A program made the position numbers and the translations under genes. From Chloroflexota bacterium (GTDB taxonomy: Bacteria > Chloroflexota > Limnocylindria > P2-11E), in the NCBI GenBank assembly GCA_005889075.1, contig VBDQ01000024.1:6522-70521 (forward strand): DNA of 64,000 bases, read 5' to 3'. The notes beneath the pieces were generated by a model. The model worked only from the letters and a program-made list of their open reading frames with translations, ran no database searches and was not told the DNA's origin. Within the stretch, counting starts at the first letter, position 1; every line of letters starts with the position of its first letter. Below, one piece after another: positions 59,216-64,000 of this stretch.

Positions 59216-62056
59216 GTGGATCTCGAGACCACCGGTTACGACAACGAGAGCGAGCGGATCATCGAGATCGGCGCCGTGCGCGTGCGCCTCGGCGACGACG
59301 GCGCAGTCACGTTGGGCGAGCGCTTCGTCACGTTCGTCGATCCCGGGCGTGAGCTGAGTCGGACGATCACGCGGTTGACCGGGATCGTCAACGCGGACCT
59401 CGTAGGAGCTCTGCCTCCCGAGTCGGCGGTCGCGGAGTTCACCCGTTTCGCGTTCCGCGACGGTATTCCGTGGCTTCTAGGACACAACGTCGGGTTCGAC
59501 GTCGCCTTCCTCGAGCGATCGGGGATGCCAATCGGCGCCGAGCGCATCGACACCGCGGAGCTCGCGTCGATCGTCCTGCCGTCGGCCCCGAGCTACGCCT
59601 TGCAGCGCCTCGCCGCCGATGCCGCGATCACACCTGTGAGCGCACACCGCGCACTCGACGACGCGATCACGTCCGCGCTCGTGCTGGGCCATCTGGCGCG
59701 GATCGCTCGCGGGCTGCCGCCGCTCGTATTGAGCGAGATCGCCGCCGTGAGCGCGCTGCTCGGTATCGCTCCCGCGAACTTCTTCCAAGATGCAGCCGCG
59801 AACGCGACACGAAATGCATGGAACCAGGACGGGATTTCGCACGCCGACGAGGCTCGAGAGGTAACAAGGACCGACGACGCCCGCGAGGTGCCTCCAGGCG
59901 ACGAGGCGCGAGGGGTGTCTCTCGGCGCAGCGGGAGAGGGGCGGGGGGTCCCCAGGGACCCGCGAGCACGAGAGATACCCCGAGAAGCCTCGTCGGCCGG
60001 TGGTCGCGAAGCCGCGTCGGCCTCCACGGATTCCGTTGGCGACGCAGCCTCGCCCGCATTCACGGTCGAGAGCGCGTTCGCACCCGACGGTCCGCTCGCG
60101 ACGTCGATGCACGGCTACGAGGATCGACCCGAGCAGCGCGAGCTCGCGGCGGCGATCGAACGCACCCTGGCCGACGGCGGCGCCCTCGTCGCCGAAGCGG
60201 GGACGGGAGTGGGGAAGTCGATCGCGTACATCGTCCCGCTGCTCGGCGCGGCTGCGGTCGGGGAGCGCGGGATCGTGTCGACGCACACCCTTCCGCTCCA
60301 AGACCAGCTTGTCCGCAAGGACATTCCCGCGGTGCAGGCGGCGCTCGGCACGGAGGTCAAAGTCGCGGTGCTCAAAGGTCGGGCCAACTATCTCTGCCCG
60401 CGTCGCTGGCAGATCTTCCGCGGCGCGGTCGCCACGCGCGAGGAAGCGCGGCTGCTGTCCAAGACCTTGGTATGGCGGTCGGCGACCGAGACCGGTGACC
60501 GCGCCGAGCTCAATCTCATGAGCGGGGAGAGCGAGCTCTGGTCGCGTATCTCGGCCAACGACGAGTCGTGCGATCAGCGTCGGTGCAAGCGGACCCCCGG
60601 CGGCTGCTACCTTCAGCGCGCGCGCGAAGCGGCAGCGGAGGCGGCGATCGTGGTGGTCAACCACGCGTTGCTGCTCCAGGACGCGAGGATGCGTGGCGCG
60701 CTGCTTCCGCAGGCGGAGAACCTCGTCGTCGACGAAGCCCACCGGCTCGAGGATGTCGCGACCGATGCGTTCGGGCTCGAGCTCTCCGAACCACGGCTGC
60801 GCCGCGATCTCGCGCGGGCCTCGCACTCGCTTGCGGTCACATCCGCTCTTCGCGATCCCGCCCGAGCCCAAGGCGCCGAGCGGATTCGCGCCGAGGTCCA
60901 GCGCGCGCTCGAGCGGACCGACGAGCTTTTCGTGTCACTCGCGCGGCTGCTTGCGACGCCGGCCGGGCCCGCCGAGGACCGAGTTCGCGTTACCGCGGGA
61001 CTGCGCGCGAGCGACGACCGCTGGCTTCCCGTCGAGCTCGCCGGCGAGCGGCTCGCCGATGCGCTCGCGGGCATCGGCTTCGGCGCCGAGAGCCTCGCGG
61101 GGCTGGGAGGCGATGAAGACGAGCTGGCCGAGCTGGCGACCGCGATGGCCGATATCGCCGCCGCGCGCAACACGATCGACCGCGGGGTGCACAAACCGCG
61201 TGACAACGACATCGTGTGGGTCGATCGCGATAACGATGGCGCGCTCGTGCTCCATGTCGCCCAGACGCATCTCGGCGGGGTACTGCGGCGGCGGCTCGTC
61301 GACGCGCACCGTTCCGTCGTCTTGACCTCGGCAACGCTCGCGGTCGCGGGCTCGTTCGAGTTCGCGGTCGATCGGTTCGGGATCAGGGACATCGCCGACA
61401 CCATCTCCGTCGGCTCGCCGTTCGACCACCGCCGTCAGGCGCTTCTCGTGCTCCCGGACGACATCGCGCTTCCCGGCGAGGAGCGGTTCGCGGAAGACGC
61501 GGCGCGGACGATCGACGGCGTCGCGCGCGCGCTCGGCGGACGGACGCTCGTGCTCTTCACGGCGCATCGGACCCTCCGCGACGTCGCCGCCCGCTTGGGT
61601 GCCCTCGAGCAGGAAGGCCTCGCGGTCCTGGTGCAAGGTGTGGATGGCTCGCGTCGCGCCCTTCTCGAACGGTTCGCGCAAGGGCGCGCGGTGCTGCTCG
61701 GGACGCAATCGTTCTGGGAGGGCGTCGATCTTCCGGGCGACATCCTGCGGTGCGTCGTCATCGCGCGCTTACCATTCAGCGTCCCGGACGATCCCCTCAT
61801 CCAGGGGCGCGCGGAGCGCTACGACGATCCTTTCGCGGAGTTCCAGCTTCCGCAAGCGGCGCTGCGGCTGCGGCAAGGGTTCGGGCGGCTCATTCGCACC
61901 AAGAGCGACTACGGTGCGGTCGTCCTCCTTGATCGCCGCGTCGTCACCAAGGATTACGGCGAGGTGCTTCTCGCGTCGCTTCCCGACGCACGGACCGAGA
62001 CTCTCGCGTGCGATGCGATCGCGCGGCGCGTCCAGGAATGGTGCGACCGGGGATGA
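59216..62056 (+). CDS. dinG: bifunctional DnaQ-like 3'-5' exonuclease / DinG family helicase (canonical-start version)
   Basis: ExoI DLETTG, ExoII, ExoIII H..LDDA. Helicase motif I AGTGVGKS, DEAH box (VVDEAHRL) and C-terminal DinG/Rad3 motifs. The beta-1 strand of the exonuclease lies upstream of 59216 (in-frame CTG at 59195). Confidence 0.85.
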   Translation: MDLETTGYDNESERIIEIGAVRVRLGDDGAVTLGERFVTFVDPGRELSRTITRLTGIVNADLVGALPPESAVAEFTRFAFRDGIPWLLGHNVGFDVAFLERSGMPIGAERIDTAELASIVLPSAPSYALQRLAADAAITPVSAHRALDDAITSALVLGHLARIARGLPPLVLSEIAAVSALLGIAPANFFQDAAANATRNAWNQDGISHADEAREVTRTDDAREVPPGDEARGVSLGAAGEGRGVPRDPRAREIPREASSAGGREAASASTDSVGDAASPAFTVESAFAPDGPLATSMHGYEDRPEQRELAAAIERTLADGGALVAEAGTGVGKSIAYIVPLLGAAAVGERGIVSTHTLPLQDQLVRKDIPAVQAALGTEVKVAVLKGRANYLCPRRWQIFRGAVATREEARLLSKTLVWRSATETGDRAELNLMSGESELWSRISANDESCDQRRCKRTPGGCYLQRAREAAAEAAIVVVNHALLLQDARMRGALLPQAENLVVDEAHRLEDVATDAFGLELSEPRLRRDLARASHSLAVTSALRDPARAQGAERIRAEVQRALERTDELFVSLARLLATPAGPAEDRVRVTAGLRASDDRWLPVELAGERLADALAGIGFGAESLAGLGGDEDELAELATAMADIAAARNTIDRGVHKPRDNDIVWVDRDNDGALVLHVAQTHLGGVLRRRLVDAHRSVVLTSATLAVAGSFEFAVDRFGIRDIADTISVGSPFDHRRQALLVLPDDIALPGEERFAEDAARTIDGVARALGGRTLVLFTAHRTLRDVAARLGALEQEGLAVLVQGVDGSRRALLERFAQGRAVLLGTQSFWEGVDLPGDILRCVVIARLPFSVPDDPLIQGRAERYDDPFAEFQLPQAALRLRQGFGRLIRTKSDYGAVVLLDRRVVTKDYGEVLLASLPDARTETLACDAIARRVQEWCDRG
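59844..59990 (+). repeat. imperfect tandem repeats encoding a D(E/D)AR(E/G)V-type low-complexity linker
   Basis: DEAREV TRTDDAREV PPGDEARGV ...GEGRGV PRDPRAREI, located between the exonuclease and helicase domains. Confidence 0.6.
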
Positions 62057-62184
62057 TCTCGAAGGCATCCGTGACGCGGTCGCTGCGACACTTGGCGCGG
62101 ACGCCTTCAAACGGCTCCGATTCCGCTAGGAAATAACGTTGTCGCCGTCGGGTATCAGGGACCGGGGTAGTACGCGCGGGGGAC

Positions 62185-62212
62185 TTGTCCCGACCCCACC
62201 CTCTCCTAGACT
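62185..62212 (+). promoter_or_regulatory. candidate sigma-70-type promoter for flp
   Basis: TTGTCC, a 16-nt spacer, then TAGACT. About 55 nt upstream of the flp start. Confidence 0.25.
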
Positions 62213-62265
62213 TTTTCGCGGTCGGCATTCGCCGGCCAACATGGAAGGAAGGAGGTGCTTAGTCG

Positions 62266-62418
62266 GTGCTCACATTCTTCCGTGACGACGAAGGCCAGGG
62301 GTTGGTGGAATACGCACTCATCATTGCCGTCATCGCCATCGCGGTCATCGTCGCCATGATCTTCCTGCGCGGTCAGCTGCAGAACATCTTCAGCAACATC
62401 GGCAACAACCTCACCTAG
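62266..62418 (+). CDS. flp: Flp family type IVb pilin (50 aa; below the ORF-track cutoff)
   Basis: GTG at 62266, 10 nt after GGAAGGAAGGAGG. Encodes VLTFFRDDEGQGLVEYALIIAVIAIAVIVAMIFL..., the Flp signature G/xxxxEY plus a hydrophobic helix. A strong terminator follows. Confidence 0.75.
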   Translation: MLTFFRDDEGQGLVEYALIIAVIAIAVIVAMIFLRGQLQNIFSNIGNNLT

Positions 62419-62441
62419 ATTCGCCGACGGTCTGAAGCATC

Positions 62442-62480
62442 GATCGACCCGGCCGTTGGCCGGGTCGATCTCTTTTCTCC
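62442..62480 (+). terminator. intrinsic terminator after flp
   Basis: Perfect 13-bp stem GATCGACCCGGCC-GTT-GGCCGGGTCGATC followed by TCTTTTCTCC. Confidence 0.8.
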
Positions 62481-62879
62481 CTAGACGGCGGGTCGGAGAC
62501 GCACGGGCGTCCGACGACCGAGCACGGCGTCGCACGCGCGACGCAGCTCCTCCCAGATCGCGTCGTCCACTTCCTTGCGGGCGACGACGTGCTGGCCCGG
62601 GTCGACGACCTCGTCACCCTCGGCGACGAACTCGCCGCGCGCCGGATCGTGAAGGTCCAGATACCAAGCGCGTCGCGCGAGGCGCGTGCCCTCGGCCACC
62701 AGAGGAACGGCCTCGAGGTCTTCGTCGGAGAAACCCTGAAGCACGCGGTGCTCGGCCCGGACCTCGATGGCCCGACGGCGCGGCTGGTCTCGCCGTTGCT
62801 CGGTCTCCTCCTCGGAGAGGAGCACTTCCCAGCGGCGCGAGGTCCCGCGGGGTACAGGCATCTCGTCGTACTTCGCCAT
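62481..62879 (-). CDS. hypothetical protein
   Basis: 132-aa ORF starting with ATG. Acidic/basic mixed composition. No family recognised. Confidence 0.4.
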   Translation of the reverse strand: MAKYDEMPVPRGTSRRWEVLLSEEETEQRRDQPRRRAIEVRAEHRVLQGFSDEDLEAVPLVAEGTRLARRAWYLDLHDPARGEFVAEGDEVVDPGQHVVARKEVDDAIWEELRRACDAVLGRRTPVRLRPAV

Positions 62880-63062
62880 CGGAAGGCATACCCCGCACCG
62901 GGCGTGCCAGTGTCGGACAGGGCTTCAGGTGCCTACAATTGAGCGTGAACCGGGCGAACTGCTCGGTACCTCGCACGCCTCCCCGGGCCGGCGGACCCTC
63001 GCCGCACGCGCGGCGCCCAGCACGGCGCAGGAGAGGCGGAGGATAAGAAAAGGGAGAGACGC

Positions 63063-63956
63063 GTGGCCGTTGTCACTATGAAGCAGCTTCTCGAATCCGG
63101 CGTCCACTTCGGGCACCAGGCTCGCCGGTGGAACCCCAAGATGCGCCGCTTCATCTTCATGGAGCGGAACGGGATCCACATCATCGATCTCCAGCAGACC
63201 CTCACGCGCGTGGAAGAGGCATACGCATTCATGCGCGACCTCGCCGGAGATGGAGGACAGATGCTTTTCGTCGGGACCAAAAAGCAGGCGCAGGAATCCA
63301 TTTCCGAGGAGGCAAAGCGCTGCGGGATGCACTACGTGAACCAGCGTTGGCTCGGCGGATTCCTCACGAACTTCGTGACCATCCAGAAGCGCATCCAGCG
63401 CCTCAACGATCTCGCTGAGCGGAAGGAGCGCGGCGACTTCGCGACGCTGCCCAAGAAGGACGCGCAGCGGCTCGAGGACGAGCTCACACACCTCGACCGC
63501 TATTTCTCAGGGGTGCGCGAGTTGCACCGGCCGCCGAGCGCGCTCTTCGTCGTCGATCCGCATCGCGAGCACATCGCCGTCGAGGAGGCGCGACGTCTCG
63601 AGATCCCGATCGTCGCGATGGTCGACACCAACTGCGACCCGGATCTGATCGACGTGATCATCCCCGCGAACGACGACGCCATCCGCGCGGTGAAGCTCAT
63701 CTGCCAGAAGATGGCCGACGCGATCATCGAAGGCCGGACCCAGTTCGACGCGGAACGTAAGGAGGCGTCCCCCGAGGACATGGGCTACGCACCCGCGACG
63801 ACCGCGGCCGAGTACGAAGGTCTCGGTGTCCCGCGCGCGAAGCGCACGCCGCGTGTCTACGAGCCGGAGGAAGACGAGGAGTATCCGATCGGCGGCTACG
63901 AAGAGCCCGCCGTCGAGGAGACGGACACGACCGCCGAGAAGAAAGAGGGCGAGTAG
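63063..63956 (+). CDS. rpsB: 30S ribosomal protein S2 with an acidic C-terminal extension
   Basis: [25 protein letters not shown] closely parallels bacterial S2. GGGAGAG lies upstream of the GTG. Confidence 0.95.
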   Translation: MAVVTMKQLLESGVHFGHQARRWNPKMRRFIFMERNGIHIIDLQQTLTRVEEAYAFMRDLAGDGGQMLFVGTKKQAQESISEEAKRCGMHYVNQRWLGGFLTNFVTIQKRIQRLNDLAERKERGDFATLPKKDAQRLEDELTHLDRYFSGVRELHRPPSALFVVDPHREHIAVEEARRLEIPIVAMVDTNCDPDLIDVIIPANDDAIRAVKLICQKMADAIIEGRTQFDAERKEASPEDMGYAPATTAAEYEGLGVPRAKRTPRVYEPEEDEEYPIGGYEEPAVEETDTTAEKKEGE

Positions 63957-64000
63957 TGCCAAAGGAAGATGTTCAGCGGCTACGAAGCGAGACCGGCGCG
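63956..64000 (+). CDS. tsf: elongation factor Ts, N-terminal fragment (continues beyond window)
   Basis: GTG overlaps the rps[19 protein letters not shown] matches the EF-Ts N-terminal ..V..LR..TGA motif. The position after rpsB is conserved. Confidence 0.6.
   Translation, partial: MPKEDVQRLRSETGA

Noticed and set aside
62206-62535. A 109-aa minus-strand ORF across the flp region.
   Set aside because: The + strand encodes a textbook Flp pilin with an RBS and terminator. The antisense product has no features.
62934-62939. TACAAT upstream of rpsB as a promoter -10 element.
   Set aside because: No acceptable -35 or extended -10 at proper spacing. Too weak to list as a feature.

Overview
This is a very GC-rich, gene-dense bacterial chromosomal segment with about 70 supportable genes, mostly on the + strand. 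Many stop/start overlaps of 1-4 nt (ATGA/GTGA) suggest long translationally coupled operons. Content is mainly housekeeping. It includes a K+ channel/cNMP-binding pair, DUF2207, bactofilin and selenocysteine machinery (selA-ridA-selB). It also includes pepA, a UvrD-type helicase fused to a Cas4/AddB-like nuclease, rmuC, and a D-amino-acid/peptide salvage cluster (M20 amidohydrolase, D-aminoacylase, DUF1611, dipeptide epimerase, murI). Further genes are ychF, tRNA-fMet, a small HNH endonuclease islet, tRNA(CAU)-tilS-ftsH, and a T-box-controlled aromatic supraoperon (trpEGDCB, a damaged trpA, aroH, aroF, tyrA, with aroA convergent). The remainder holds an NfeD/stomatin pair, gdhA, an exonuclease-DinG helicase, a 50-aa Flp pilin gene missing from the ORF track, and rpsB-tsf. 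The T-box, GAAC-N4-GTTC SOS boxes, a DUF385-type protein, the lack of trpF and apparently leaderless starts point to a Terrabacteria-like lineage (Actinobacteria/Chloroflexi type); I cannot assign it further from sequence alone. The observations most worth a second look are these. (1) Two perfect tandem SOS boxes sit in front of an ATP-dependent-ligase homologue whose catalytic residues are all substituted. (2) A diverged inverted duplicate of the ftsH 5' region is fused to a Cys-rich N-terminus, flanking tRNA(CAU)-tilS. (3) A roughly 28-nt G/C hairpin repeat family sits exactly at coupled gene junctions and inside CDS 5' ends. (4) Several genes have conserved N-termini that lie upstream of any ATG/GTG/TTG but have an in-frame CTG. 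(5) trpA carries an out-of-frame internal deletion that fuses it to aroH. (6) tRNA(CAU) ends 2 nt before the tilS start. I saw no CRISPR array, rRNA, transposase or recognisable defence island. The many long antisense or alternate-frame ORFs in the track are GC-driven shadow ORFs.
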